A stretch of 64,000 bases of DNA, taken from positions 1,248,001-1,312,000 of the forward strand of contig OZ244922.1 in assembly GCA_965221905.1 (NCBI GenBank), read 5' to 3'. The notes beneath the pieces were generated by a model. The model saw nothing but the letters and a program-made list of their open reading frames with translations. It had not been told where the DNA came from and made no database searches. Both the position numbers and the translations under genes were made by a program. Position 1 is the first letter of the stretch, and each line of letters begins with the position of its first letter. Below are positions 1 to 9,797 of the stretch, piece by piece. The DNA is from Chloroflexota bacterium. Lineage in GTDB: Bacteria; Chloroflexota; UBA11872; VXOZ01.

Positions 1-357
1 GGGCCGCGCGCCGCCGCCGAGATGAATATGGCGCGTCTCGCCCGTGTTCGGATCCAGAATACCCAACGCTTCTTGGTGCTGGGCGGTGTACCAGACGATA
101 CCGTTCGCCTCGGGCGCCGGCGCAACGTCGTGTGGATGCGAACCATTGGGGACGGAGAATTCCTGCAACGTCACGTCTTCCGCCGCAGGCACTTGCGGTG
201 GTTCCGACGTTGGCAACGGGCTTGCCGCGGCCGCTGGCGTCGGTGGAGGGGTCCCGGGATCCGTTTCTATGTATACTTCGGATTCCCCGCCGCACGCTGC
301 CGCCAAGCATGCGCCAGCCACTGTCAGGCCCTGGCCGAGCAGCTTTCTTCTTGTCAT
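1..357 (-). CDS. Virginiamycin B lyase (Vgb)-like beta-propeller lipoprotein, 5' part (runs off window)
   Basis: Manual translation (not in ORF track): MTRRKLLGQGLTVAGACLAAACGG...EFSVPNGSHPHDVAPAPEANGIVWYTAQHQEALGILDPNTGETRHI; twin-Arg plus lipobox-like signal, PHDVA...VWYT repeat typical of Vgb family. Confidence 0.75.
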   Translation of the reverse strand, partial: MTRRKLLGQGLTVAGACLAAACGGESEVYIETDPGTPPPTPAAAASPLPTSEPPQVPAAEDVTLQEFSVPNGSHPHDVAPAPEANGIVWYTAQHQEALGILDPNTGETRHIHLGGGARP

Positions 358-502
358 AATTATTGGTTCGCTCCTTTGGAAGCGTGACGGCATCAACGTG
401 CCGGGTATAGGTATGTCAAACAATCCTGATTCCACCATACCGCAGAAGTGAAGGGCTTGTGAATCAGCCACAGCGCTGCTCCCGCACGCGGAAAACCGCC
501 GC

Positions 503-1483
503 CTACTCTCTCGTCTCGCTGGTGGAGACGTCCAGCCAATCGCCAATTGGGTCGATATCGTTTTGCGCGCGGTGGAGGCGCTGCATGGCGTTGTCGATGA
601 AGCGCCGGTCATTGACCTGGATGCCGTAGAGCAACTCGATGAAGAGGATCCGTTTCGCGAGATGCTCGATGCGGCGGCGCATGGCGGAGGAGACATCGTG
701 CGTGTATGCGGCGAGCGTATCCTCCAGGAACTCTCTGCCGAAACCCGCGAGCAGGGCGCAGAAGTCTCCTGCCGCATCGCCTTCCTGCCCGGCTTCCTCG
801 AAATCGATGATACCGCTGACCATGCCCCGAGATTCATCATAGAGGATGTTAGAGCCATCAAAGTCACCGTGGGTGAAGACGGGTGTGAATTCCCACAGGG
901 CGGGATCGCTAGTCGTCTCCTGGAAGAGGCGGCTCGTCCACTCTTGCTCCGCCGGACTCAGGAGCGGAAACGCCCTTGCCTCTACCTGGCGAAACAGGTT
1001 GCGGGCGTTGGAACCTCCCACGATCGGCGGCGATGGGGGCTGCAACTCTGTCGGCAGTGCGGAGAGCGGTATGGCATGGAGCGCCGAGAGGAAGTGACCA
1101 ATCTGCCCGGCTGCGCGCCTCCGCTCTTGCGGCGTAAGCGAACACGCAGACAAGCTGCGGCCGGGAAGCATGTCGTAACCCGCCACCGGATAGGGAAACT
1201 CGGCGCAGCCCGCACTAAAGTAGCGGTAGCGCGGGACCGGCAGTGGAAGCTGTGACGCTATGCTGTCGTATACGCTCTTTTCATGCCAAAGAAAGGCGCC
1301 CTCATCTTCAACTCGCCCGTCGCTTACAACTGAGCCGCCACCGTGAGGAAAGCGGAAGATAAGCGTTTGGTTGACGGCGAACACCCGGCAGGTACCGCCA
1401 CCCAAGAATTGGATGTGCGAAACCTGGATATCAGGGAAGCACGTTTCAATGATGCGGTGGTAGAAGGCGTTGTCTATAGTCAT
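503..1483 (-). CDS. Aminoglycoside phosphotransferase (APH/choline kinase)-family protein
   Basis: HGDFDGSNIL and GIIDFE kinase motifs; start placed at MTIDNAF. Confidence 0.85.
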   Translation of the reverse strand: MTIDNAFYHRIIETCFPDIQVSHIQFLGGGTCRVFAVNQTLIFRFPHGGGSVVSDGRVEDEGAFLWHEKSVYDSIASQLPLPVPRYRYFSAGCAEFPYPVAGYDMLPGRSLSACSLTPQERRRAAGQIGHFLSALHAIPLSALPTELQPPSPPIVGGSNARNLFRQVEARAFPLLSPAEQEWTSRLFQETTSDPALWEFTPVFTHGDFDGSNILYDESRGMVSGIIDFEEAGQEGDAAGDFCALLAGFGREFLEDTLAAYTHDVSSAMRRRIEHLAKRILFIELLYGIQVNDRRFIDNAMQRLHRAQNDIDPIGDWLDVSTSETRE

Positions 1484-1785
1484 TGCGGTCTCAATGGCGC
1501 TGGTGGGCAATCTGGCTGCCATACCCGTGATACCATGGGCATAGCTGCGACCCACTGTCCTGTCAGGCGGGCATCAGCGGCCTATTCCCAAGGTTCTTCT
1601 CTTTCGCAGCCAAGCATTTAGCTCGCAGAATCTTGCGATCGTCAGGTACGACAAGCGGCACCCAACCGGTCTTTACCGCTGGCGAAGCCGGCGTCGCTCC
1701 TGCTAGGGTGCAGCCTTAAAGGAGCGCTGCGTTACGCGAACTAAGTATAGTACTTTGGCTGACCGGCAAGTAAGGAGAAGGAACC

Positions 1786-2454
1786 ATGGAACCGCGAGCG
1801 AGATTTACTTCTGAGCTGCGCGCCATTCAAGACGACGTGGTTTCTCTCGGACGCATGGTGGGTGTCGCCATCGACCAATCGGTAGAGGCGCTCAAAGGGC
1901 GCGACACTGACTGGGCAAGAATGGTTATTCACAACGACATTGCCATCAATGCGCGGCGCTTTGCCATTGAAGAGCGGTGCATGAAGTTGCTGGCTACGCA
2001 AGCCCCTCTGGCTGTGGACTTGCGTTTCATTGCCTCGGCCTTAAACATCATTACGGACTTGGAGCGGATGGGAGATCATGCGGAGGGCATCTGCAAGATC
2101 AACATCATGCTGGGCGAGGAGCCGCTCGTGAAGCCCCTCGTCGACATACCGCGCATGGCTGCCAAGGCGAACGACATGCTCAGCCGCTCGCTTGAAGCCT
2201 TGGTAGCGCGCGACGTTGAGAAAGCAAAAGCGGTTTCGCATGAAGACGATGAGGTAGACGCCTTGCACGATCAGGTCGTGCGCGAGCTCATTAGCTTTAT
2301 GATCGAAGACCCGCGCACGATTCAGCGGGCGCTCTACCTCACCTGGGTTTCCCATAACCTGGAGCGCATTGCCGACCGTGTAACGAACATTTGCGAACGC
2401 GTGGTCTATATCGTCACCGGCGAGATGGAAGAGATCAACGCTTCGAAGTATTGA
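1786..2454 (+). CDS. phoU: Phosphate signalling complex protein PhoU
   Basis: DLERMGDHA and LERIADRVTNICE motifs; AAGGAG SD upstream. Confidence 0.95.
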   Translation: MEPRARFTSELRAIQDDVVSLGRMVGVAIDQSVEALKGRDTDWARMVIHNDIAINARRFAIEERCMKLLATQAPLAVDLRFIASALNIITDLERMGDHAEGICKINIMLGEEPLVKPLVDIPRMAAKANDMLSRSLEALVARDVEKAKAVSHEDDEVDALHDQVVRELISFMIEDPRTIQRALYLTWVSHNLERIADRVTNICERVVYIVTGEMEEINASKY

Positions 2455-2499
2455 GACCCGATTTCCACTAGGGGATGGCACACAGCACTTGCTAACGTC

Positions 2500-3684
2500 C
2501 TAATTCTCCGAATCAAGGAGTTGCACGCGGGTGATGCCGCGCCTATCGACGAGCAGTCGGTTGTTCTCGTGAATAACACCGATCCAGAGTTGGACCGGTT
2601 CCTGTGGAAAGTCCTCATTCACTGATATTTTGCCTGTCACCGCGACGCTCTCACCGGGTGCGAGATCGCGCCCCAAGCTCCAGCGAAACGGATAGGCCAC
2701 CCCGCTGCGATTAAGAGAGAATTCCACGCCCCAGCGCACCGTACCGGTATCTGCCGTGAAGCGCAGTGAAGGGGCGTCCTCACCCCAGGCATAGGTGGTT
2801 GGTCCCGGTGGCGCCGCTCGCAGTGTGACCGTGCCGTTGTTGATGATCGTTGCAGTGACGGTAACGGTCGAACCGGCCTGCACTGCGGTAGGTGATATCT
2901 GAACGTCAGCTACTTGCACCTGCGGCGTGCCGGCCTCGCCGAGTGTAATGCCACGGCGTTGCACGGTGCGATTGCCTGCCCGGTCTTGGATTGTGACTTC
3001 CACCTCCGCCGGACCTGCAGGCAAGTTTTCCACTGCTTGATTGAGTTGCGGCGCATGGCGCAACGGCGGCGGCCAGGATGCATGCAAGGTGCCGGGGTCC
3101 GCAGCGGTGTTTCGCATCAGCCACCGGGTTTCGTCACCTGCAAAGAGGCGCACGTCCACGACAACGGGCTCGGCAATGGTGAAGCTGAATTCCAAGCGAT
3201 CGTCGACGCCGTCTTGATTGGGCGTGAAGAGCTCAGGAGTAACTTGGAGACCATCGAGAGCGGGGGCCACGGTGTCGGCGTTGGTGATTGTGAGCGGTTT
3301 TCGCAGCTCGACGTCATCGCTTGCCGTCGACTCCCGGGCAGTGGCGACTATCTCATACTGACCGTCCGGCAGCACGCGGCCGTCCACAGCGCCTCTAAAG
3401 ACGAAGGAAAACGTACCGGGACCGCGCGGCACGCGGTCCCGCAAGACGAATGTAGTTTCATCGGCGGAGCGCAAAGCTAGGGTAACGACTGCTTCGCGGG
3501 CAACCTTATACTGAATGGTAACGGACCCGTTGCCGTCCGCCTGCAGCGAAGCCGGACTGACGCTGAGCTCAAGGAGGGCGCGAGAGTTGTCAGCCGAGGC
3601 ACAACCAGGCAGAAACAGGAATAACCAGAGGAAATACGGCAGGTAACACCATGCCGGCGCCTTTCGTGCGTAATAAGTACGCAT
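2500..3684 (-). CDS. Secreted/lipoprotein with FlgD-like Ig and CARDB-like domains
   Basis: Hydrophobic N-terminus ending LPGC; FTPNQDGVDD and LPDGQYEI FlgD-Ig-like motifs; VTVTATIINNG. Confidence 0.6.
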   Translation of the reverse strand: MRTYYARKAPAWCYLPYFLWLFLFLPGCASADNSRALLELSVSPASLQADGNGSVTIQYKVAREAVVTLALRSADETTFVLRDRVPRGPGTFSFVFRGAVDGRVLPDGQYEIVATARESTASDDVELRKPLTITNADTVAPALDGLQVTPELFTPNQDGVDDRLEFSFTIAEPVVVDVRLFAGDETRWLMRNTAADPGTLHASWPPPLRHAPQLNQAVENLPAGPAEVEVTIQDRAGNRTVQRRGITLGEAGTPQVQVADVQISPTAVQAGSTVTVTATIINNGTVTLRAAPPGPTTYAWGEDAPSLRFTADTGTVRWGVEFSLNRSGVAYPFRWSLGRDLAPGESVAVTGKISVNEDFPQEPVQLWIGVIHENNRLLVDRRGITRVQLLDSEN

Positions 3685-3717
3685 CTTCGGAGGCGCCGGG
3701 CGCAGCGTTCGCCGTGC

Positions 3718-5100
3718 CTAGACTGCGTCTGTGCTTAAACGTGACAGGAAGTCCGCATTCGATTTCGTGCGCTCCAGCCGATTGAGCATGGCCTCGTAGC
3801 CTTCGGTATTGCCGATGGCCGAAAGCATACGGCGCAAGGTGACTACTTTCTGGAGCGTCTCCGTCTCCAACAGCAGTTCTTCGCGTCTCGTGCCGGAACG
3901 TCCCACGTCAATCGCCGGGAAGACTCTACGTTCGGAAAACTTGCGGTCGAGCCGCAATTCCATGTTGCCGGTGCCCTTGAACTCTTCATAGATGACGTCA
4001 TCCATGCGGCTTTCCGTCTCGACCAGACACGTAGCAAGCATCGTCAGGCTGCTGCCATTGTCGATGTTGCGGCCTGCGCCGAAGAAACGTTTCGGGGGAT
4101 AGATGGCAGCGGGGTCTAAACCGCCGGAGAGGGTCCTGCCGCTCGGCGGAATGGCTTGGTTGTAGGCCCGCGTCAGGCGCGTGATCGAATCAAGCAGCAA
4201 CATCACGTCCTGCCCGCCTTCCACCATCCGTTTTGCACGTTCCAGGGCCAGTTCGGCGATACGGGTTTGGTTCTCCGGCACCTCATCGAATGTGGAAGCG
4301 ACGACTTCCGCGCCAACGGTGCGCTCCCAGTCCGTTACTTCCTCAGGGCGCTCACCGATAAGCACCACCATGACGTGCACCTCGGGGTAATTTGCCATGA
4401 CGGCGTTGGCAATGCTCTGCATGAGCATTGTCTTACCGGTCTTGGGCGGTGCGACGACTAATCCGCGCTGACCGCGGCCAATTGGCGAGACGAGATTGAT
4501 GAGACGGCCGATAATACTGGGGGGAGCCGTCTCGAGATCGAGACGCTCTTCGGGGAAAATCGCCGTAAAGTTTTCAAAATGCGGGCGGCGCTTGGCTTCT
4601 TCCGGATCAAGGTTATTGACAGTCTCCACACGCAAGAGGCCGTAGTATTTCTCGCCCTCCTTCGGTGGACGCACTTGTCCCGCGATCATGTCTCCGGTGC
4701 GCAAACTCAAGCGGCGAATCTGCGTGGGGGCAACATAGACATCCTCCGCCCAGCCGGTATTCCAATACCGATGTAGGCGCAAGAATCCATAGCCGTCGTC
4801 GATGGTCTCGAGGAGGCCCGTGCGGTAGAGATTGCCCTGTTCTTCGGATTGTGCCTGCAGGAGCCGATTGACGAGTTCATGTTTCTTGAGAACTGAGTAA
4901 CCGCTGATTTCCAGTTCTTTTGCACGCTCTCGCAACTCGGTCAGAGGTTTGGCTTCTAAATCTGCATATTGCACGCCGGGATCACTCCTTTGCTGGGTTG
5001 GATTGGATGAATGGTCCGTCCCATTACGTTGCATCCAATGGCGATTAGAACGTTTGCGTCGGCGATTGCCACGGTTGCGAGAGGGTATTACTGTTGACAG
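3718..5100 (-). CDS. rho: Transcription termination factor Rho (start CTG 5100 proposed; first ATG at 5034)
   Basis: DGYGFLR, PIGRGQRGL, APPKTGKT, LLDSITRL, EEFKGTGNME, SGTRREELL motifs. Confidence 0.97.
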   Translation of the reverse strand: MSTVIPSRNRGNRRRKRSNRHWMQRNGTDHSSNPTQQRSDPGVQYADLEAKPLTELRERAKELEISGYSVLKKHELVNRLLQAQSEEQGNLYRTGLLETIDDGYGFLRLHRYWNTGWAEDVYVAPTQIRRLSLRTGDMIAGQVRPPKEGEKYYGLLRVETVNNLDPEEAKRRPHFENFTAIFPEERLDLETAPPSIIGRLINLVSPIGRGQRGLVVAPPKTGKTMLMQSIANAVMANYPEVHVMVVLIGERPEEVTDWERTVGAEVVASTFDEVPENQTRIAELALERAKRMVEGGQDVMLLLDSITRLTRAYNQAIPPSGRTLSGGLDPAAIYPPKRFFGAGRNIDNGSSLTMLATCLVETESRMDDVIYEEFKGTGNMELRLDRKFSERRVFPAIDVGRSGTRREELLLETETLQKVVTLRRMLSAIGNTEGYEAMLNRLERTKSNADFLSRLSTDAV

Positions 5101-5431
5101 CTTCGTCCTCCTTCAAGAGCAATACAATGAACCAATGCTATAAAGAGCATGGTAGGCGAGGTTCATTAAAAAGGGGCTATGATCTTCGCCTCTGGTGAGT
5201 TACCCTGTCGCGCCTTGTTTATGTGCTTTGCGCCCAATAGTGCGTATCGAAACGTGGGAGGTATAGAGCTTTTGGGGGGCTAGAAGAGTCTAGGCGCTAA
5301 TAAACAGTGATGGGTAACTTGGTGGGCTTGTAGAAAGATCAGAGCGTTGAAGCAGATACTTCTATCGTTATTCTAAGAGAAGGATGTGCGGGAGTTTGGA
5401 AGGATTATATAGAGGTCACGCTTCTTAGTCA

Positions 5432-5460
5432 AGACTACCAAACGGCAAAAACCTTGTCAA
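5432..5460 (-). promoter_or_regulatory. Sigma70-type promoter for rho
   Basis: TTGACA-17 nt-TAGTCT with TGn extended -10 on minus strand. Confidence 0.7.
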
Positions 5461-5882
5461 CCATTTATCTTGCGGAATTACTAGACTTATACTTGATAGC
5501 TTCGCGCCGCAGCCCCATGCTTGAAACGGGGGACGAATCTAGTAATCCTCGCCCTGTAGATTGTTCGTCGCGGAGGTCATCCTGAGCCTGCAGAAGGGCT
5601 CCTCAGAATGACAGATCGAGGAACCGCTTCGGGCGTGAGTTCGTGCGATGTTTCGCCTATCCGCTCGGTGTACGTCCAAACCAACTAATTCCGTATTTCT
5701 ATAGAGTACGGTGAACAGAACGCTGCGGTATGTGGCGAACTGATGAACCGGCAGGATTGTTATACCTGCTTAGACCGCAGCGAGGAGCAAGCCGCTGCAA
5801 AATGCAAACATGACACGGCAGCGATCTACATGAGGTATGCGGCCCCTGGTCGCGCTCGTAGCGTTTACAATGTCAGCCGAAG

Positions 5883-6161
5883 CTAGCTTGCGCTGCGATT
5901 CGTGAAACAGTCACTGCAATAGATAGGGCGATCATCGCGCGGTACGAATGGTACGCGAGCGACGCCACCGCACTCTGAGCAGACTCCTTCGTGCATCTCC
6001 CGTTCACCGTGGCGCTCCCGCCGCCGGGTATTACGGCAGTCCGGACAGCGGCGCGGCTCGTTCATTAGACCCTTTGTCTGATAGAACTCCTGCTCACCAG
6101 CAGTGAATACGAACGACTGGCTGCACTCCACACAGACTATTGTGCGATCCTCGGCTGACAC
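5883..6161 (-). CDS. Zinc-ribbon protein (zf-trcl plus CxxC-x17-CxxC domain)
   Basis: CVEC...FVFTAGEQEFY...PRRCPDCR, CSECG...VPFVP...PIYCSDCF; GTG start after AAGGAG. Confidence 0.9.
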   Translation of the reverse strand: MSAEDRTIVCVECSQSFVFTAGEQEFYQTKGLMNEPRRCPDCRNTRRRERHGEREMHEGVCSECGGVARVPFVPRDDRPIYCSDCFTNRSAS

Positions 6162-6665
6162 TATGAAATTCTCCTTGCGCTGGTTCTCACCGCTCTTCAC
6201 CTCACATCAAACAGAACCGTGTGGTACTGAAATCCTGGCACCGAAGTACCACTCTCGCATTTGGCTCACTCATGCATAGAGTACGCATAGTGTGCATTGA
6301 TTGACCAAGTATACGAGACCATTTGCATCTATGCAAGCCCTCTAGATCGGTTTGCACCTAGTTGCAAGATTACAGGTGCAAGGTGCTTTGCCGGGAATCT
6401 CATGGAGCCGTAGAGCAATGGGGTATGGCGACCGCCAAGTGGTTCTGCCGCATGTGCTATAGTAAATGCGCCAGTTCTTATTGTGGCGATAGCGACGAGC
6501 TCTATGCTGAGAGATGTAGACGATCTTTTCTGTAGGTTTCCTTCCAGTGCGCTTGGCACGTCCGACGGGTAGTACACGTGGCCAGGCTGAGCTATCCCCT
6601 GCTATCGCTACTGAGGCCCGCAAGGGCAGTCGCCTAGCCGCGACACTTGCCGGTTAGCTCCATCC

Positions 6666-7865
6666 ATGAGCCGTCGCGTCTTTTCGCTCTTGCTGCCGGT
6701 GTACGTACCCAGCTTTCTGCTGGCCTTTACGCAGGGACTCCTGATTCCGACGCTGCCCCTGTATGCCACGACCTTCGGCGTTTCATTTAGCCTGATAAGC
6801 TTGGCAGTTGCGGCACGCGGCTTAGGCACGCTTGCGATGGATCTCCCTTCCGGCATCATGCTGGAGCGCCTAGGCCATCGCAACGTCATGTTGCTGGGAG
6901 TGGGCGTGGCGTGCCTATCCCTGGTGCTCATGGGAATCATCGAGAACTTCCACGTGCTCGTCTTGCTTCGGTTACTCTCCGGATGTGGCGCGGCAATGTG
7001 GATGCTCTCGCGCATGGCCTATATCTCGGACGTAATTCCCTTGGAAGTGCGAGGTCGGGCCTTGTCGGCGTTTGGCGGCGTGAGCCGGATCGGTGTATTT
7101 GCCAGCCCGGCGATTGGCGGATTCGTGGGAGCGAGTTTCGGTCTGCGCACGCCCTTTCTGCTGGCGGCGGCGCTGGCGGGGGTGGCCCTTGTCATTGCGC
7201 TCCTGTATGTGCCTGAGTCACGCCAAATTACCAAAACCGAGCATCGCCGCCCCCACTGGCGGACCATGGTGCAAATCGTGAGAACTTATCGCCGGGACTT
7301 GCTGACGGCTGGCAGCGCTCAAGTGCTCGCGCAAATGATACGAGCGGGCAGGGAGATTATCGTGCCGCTGTACGGGGGTACCGTGCTTGGCTTAGATGTC
7401 GCTGCGGTCGGCGTGATTCTCACAGTTTCCGCCGCGATCGATATGTCTCTTTTTGGAATCGCCGGACTGCTGCAAGACCGCATGGGGCGCAAGTGGGCGT
7501 CGGTCCCTTCTATGATTATCCTCGGTGTGGGCATGGCTATGGTGCCGCTGACTGCCGGGTATGCTTCATTGCTCGCGGCGGCTGCAGTAATGGGGCTAGG
7601 CAACGGCATCGGCTCCGGCACGATGATGACCCTTGGGAGCGATCTCGCGCCACGGGATGCGATGGGTGAATTCCTCGGCCTGTGGCGGTTGATCGGCGAT
7701 GGCGGAAATTCCGGCGGACCGCTGGTGGTCGGTGCGGTAGCAGACCTCACGGGCCTCGCCCTCGCGGCAATTGTGCTTGCAGGCGTTGGGGCACTAGCGG
7801 CAAGCAACCTGGCGTGGTTTGTACCGGAAACCCGGAATCAGCGCGAAAGACGCGCCTTGATGTGA
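6666..7865 (+). CDS. MFS transporter
   Basis: About 12 hydrophobic segments; GxxxERLGHR and QDRMGRK loop motifs. Confidence 0.9.
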   Translation: MSRRVFSLLLPVYVPSFLLAFTQGLLIPTLPLYATTFGVSFSLISLAVAARGLGTLAMDLPSGIMLERLGHRNVMLLGVGVACLSLVLMGIIENFHVLVLLRLLSGCGAAMWMLSRMAYISDVIPLEVRGRALSAFGGVSRIGVFASPAIGGFVGASFGLRTPFLLAAALAGVALVIALLYVPESRQITKTEHRRPHWRTMVQIVRTYRRDLLTAGSAQVLAQMIRAGREIIVPLYGGTVLGLDVAAVGVILTVSAAIDMSLFGIAGLLQDRMGRKWASVPSMIILGVGMAMVPLTAGYASLLAAAAVMGLGNGIGSGTMMTLGSDLAPRDAMGEFLGLWRLIGDGGNSGGPLVVGAVADLTGLALAAIVLAGVGALAASNLAWFVPETRNQRERRALM

Positions 7866-8020
7866 TTCTATTTCTTGAGCTGTGGTTAGCGATGGAGAGA
7901 GTCGAAGAGGACAGCCCCGGCCTGGAACAGGGCAATGGAAAGTAGCGGGAACGGGTCGGATGTGTAGGCGGAAAGTGTACATGTCGGCAAAAAACTGGGA
8001 ATTATATATCAGTCTAAAGT

Positions 8021-8061
8021 AAAGCCCGACCGGATCAACTCCGGTCGGGCTTTCGCTTTTT
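8021..8061. terminator. Intrinsic terminator, possibly bidirectional
   Basis: AAAGCCCGACCGGA-tcaac-TCCGGTCGGGCTTT followed by cgcttttt. Confidence 0.8.
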
Positions 8062-8144
8062 GCCCTAACCATTGTCCCTATTGACGGCGGTCCAGCGCGA
8101 ATGAGAGACTAGGGAAGTGCATATAGACTGGAGGAAGTATCAAT

Positions 8145-8492
8145 ATGACTGAACGGGATACTGACTTGGAATCCGTAATTGAATTGAAAGGCGCGATAGA
8201 GGATTTTCGATTTCGTAATCAAACGGCTGACAAGGCAAGAAGCTTACTTAGGCTGTGCGAGGACGAATTGAATCGACTAGACGATGAAGAGAACAAGCGA
8301 GGAAAAGAGGGGCACCTTGAAAGACTCGCTTGGCGTGTCACTGTTGTTCAAGTCAAAACTGAAGCCCTTGAAACCCTTGTAGAGCAACTTGAAAAAGGCA
8401 AGGAGGACATAGGGGGAGCGGGTCGTCGCCTTACTGACGATATGCGCAGAAAAGGATACCCTCCCCCCCTTTGGGCGGTAGCTCCGGATTGA
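8145..8492 (+). CDS. Hypothetical charged, helical protein
   Basis: 115-aa ORF with GGAGG SD; lower GC than flanks; no recognised motif. Confidence 0.6.
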   Translation: MTERDTDLESVIELKGAIEDFRFRNQTADKARSLLRLCEDELNRLDDEENKRGKEGHLERLAWRVTVVQVKTEALETLVEQLEKGKEDIGGAGRRLTDDMRRKGYPPPLWAVAPD

Positions 8493-8509
8493 CTCGCGCA
8501 AGAAGGATT

Positions 8510-8566
8510 GAGAGAATACAGGCAGGCGCAAGCTCTTGGTGGATGCTCGCCTGCCTGTATTCTCTC
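8510..8566. repeat. Perfect 19-bp inverted repeat (hairpin)
   Basis: GAGAGAATACAGGCAGGCG (8510-8528) pairs with CGCCTGCCTGTATTCTCTC (8548-8566). Confidence 0.85.
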
Positions 8567-8844
8567 CATCTACCACGAAATAGAAAGGAGGTGAACCTAC
8601 GTGTTAGCGTTTGAAGCCCGTACTGGCAAGCCAACAGTCTCTATGCGATTGACCGTGATAAAGACTGTTGACGATTTGCTAGCACATCTGTTTGCGCGAC
8701 GCATCGCAGGTAACTGGTTTCAGTTGACGCTGCCCATGCGGTAGTGCTGCCAACATAGCACATCTTAGGAGCCGTGCCTTATATCCCTCTTGATCACCAG
8801 GAAAGGCGCGGTTTTTTTTGATTCTCACAAATGCACCAGAACAC

Positions 8845-8873
8845 TTGACAACTCCCACTTTCTGCGGTACAAT
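8845..8873 (+). promoter_or_regulatory. Near-consensus sigma70 promoter
   Basis: TTGACA-17 nt-TACAAT. Confidence 0.8.
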
Positions 8874-8879
8874 AAAAGC

Positions 8880-9133
8880 GTGGAAAGCGCACCAAAGGAA
8901 AGATGGAGAGCGTTCGGTACTGCCTTTCCGGCGCATGCCGGATTCCATCTTGCTTGCATCCCATGACCCGGACGCATTGCGGGAGCGGAATAGGCTTTCG
9001 GTCGTAGCGATGTCTTGCAGGAAATCTCGGTTGCCATGCGTCAGCCCCGGTTTGCGAGTCAGCGCGGCATTTGGCTGTTGTTTGTCCCGCGCACTGGCGG
9101 CCACCAGGCGGCCTAGAGCACTCTTCCACTTTT
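8880..9133 (+). ncRNA. Candidate structured non-coding RNA, family unknown
   Basis: Begins at the predicted TSS; 5' GTGGAA pairs with 3' TTCCAC followed by TTTT; several internal helices; no convincing ORF. Confidence 0.5.
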
Positions 9134-9231
9134 GTGCATAATCTGTCAGTGTAATACCTGAGACTTACAGAGATGACGGATGGCATATCTGTCGATTCTC
9201 ACACTGACGGTATCGTGTAAGGTAGGCAGTA

Positions 9232-9639
9232 ATGCCAGTAGATTTTAGCTTCTTTACCATCGGTTGGCTCTTGCTCCTGCTGGGGGCAGTAATCCATTTC
9301 GCTCTAACCCTTGCAACGCTGGCAGGCTACGGACCGTATGGGAAGGTCCTCACACCGCGTCTTGGGGCAAGCGAACTACCGGAATTGCAGGCATTCTCGC
9401 GCCACATTGCCCTGCACGTTCTCATCATGGGCGTGGCGTGGTGGGCGCTGGCATTTTGGGGAGTCCGTGACGGCCATTGGTGGGCGTGGATTGCGCTCTT
9501 GCTCATGGGCCTCGCGCACTTTGCGGCGTTCGCGTGGACGGAGACGTGGCGCGGAGGAAGCTGGCATCCGCCGGACTGGCAGTGGTGGGGGTTGCTGGTC
9601 ACGTTCGTGTTGGGCATGGTGCTGACGGTTCCGAGCTGA
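9232..9639 (+). CDS. Small integral membrane protein (about 4 TM)
   Basis: Four hydrophobic, Trp-rich segments. Confidence 0.75.
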   Translation: MPVDFSFFTIGWLLLLLGAVIHFALTLATLAGYGPYGKVLTPRLGASELPELQAFSRHIALHVLIMGVAWWALAFWGVRDGHWWAWIALLLMGLAHFAAFAWTETWRGGSWHPPDWQWWGLLVTFVLGMVLTVPS

Positions 9640-9797
9640 CCGCGGGTGTGTGCAATGGAGTGTTGAGACATTCGGATTCTGGCGGCGAATCTGATGCTAG
9701 CCAGCGCTAGGCGTTTCCGCTACAATGGCTTCAATCTGCTGCGTGTTTAAGGAAGAAGACGGATTTCGGCTTCCACCGGAATGACGGGAGAAGACTG

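Noticed and set aside
22-451. Plus-strand ORFs 22-387, 44-451 and 132-359
   Set aside because: Shadows of the minus-strand Vgb-like gene that runs off the window.
8679-9186. Overlapping ORFs of 70-141 aa on both strands
   Set aside because: No family motifs or convincing SD; the region is better explained by a promoter plus structured RNA.
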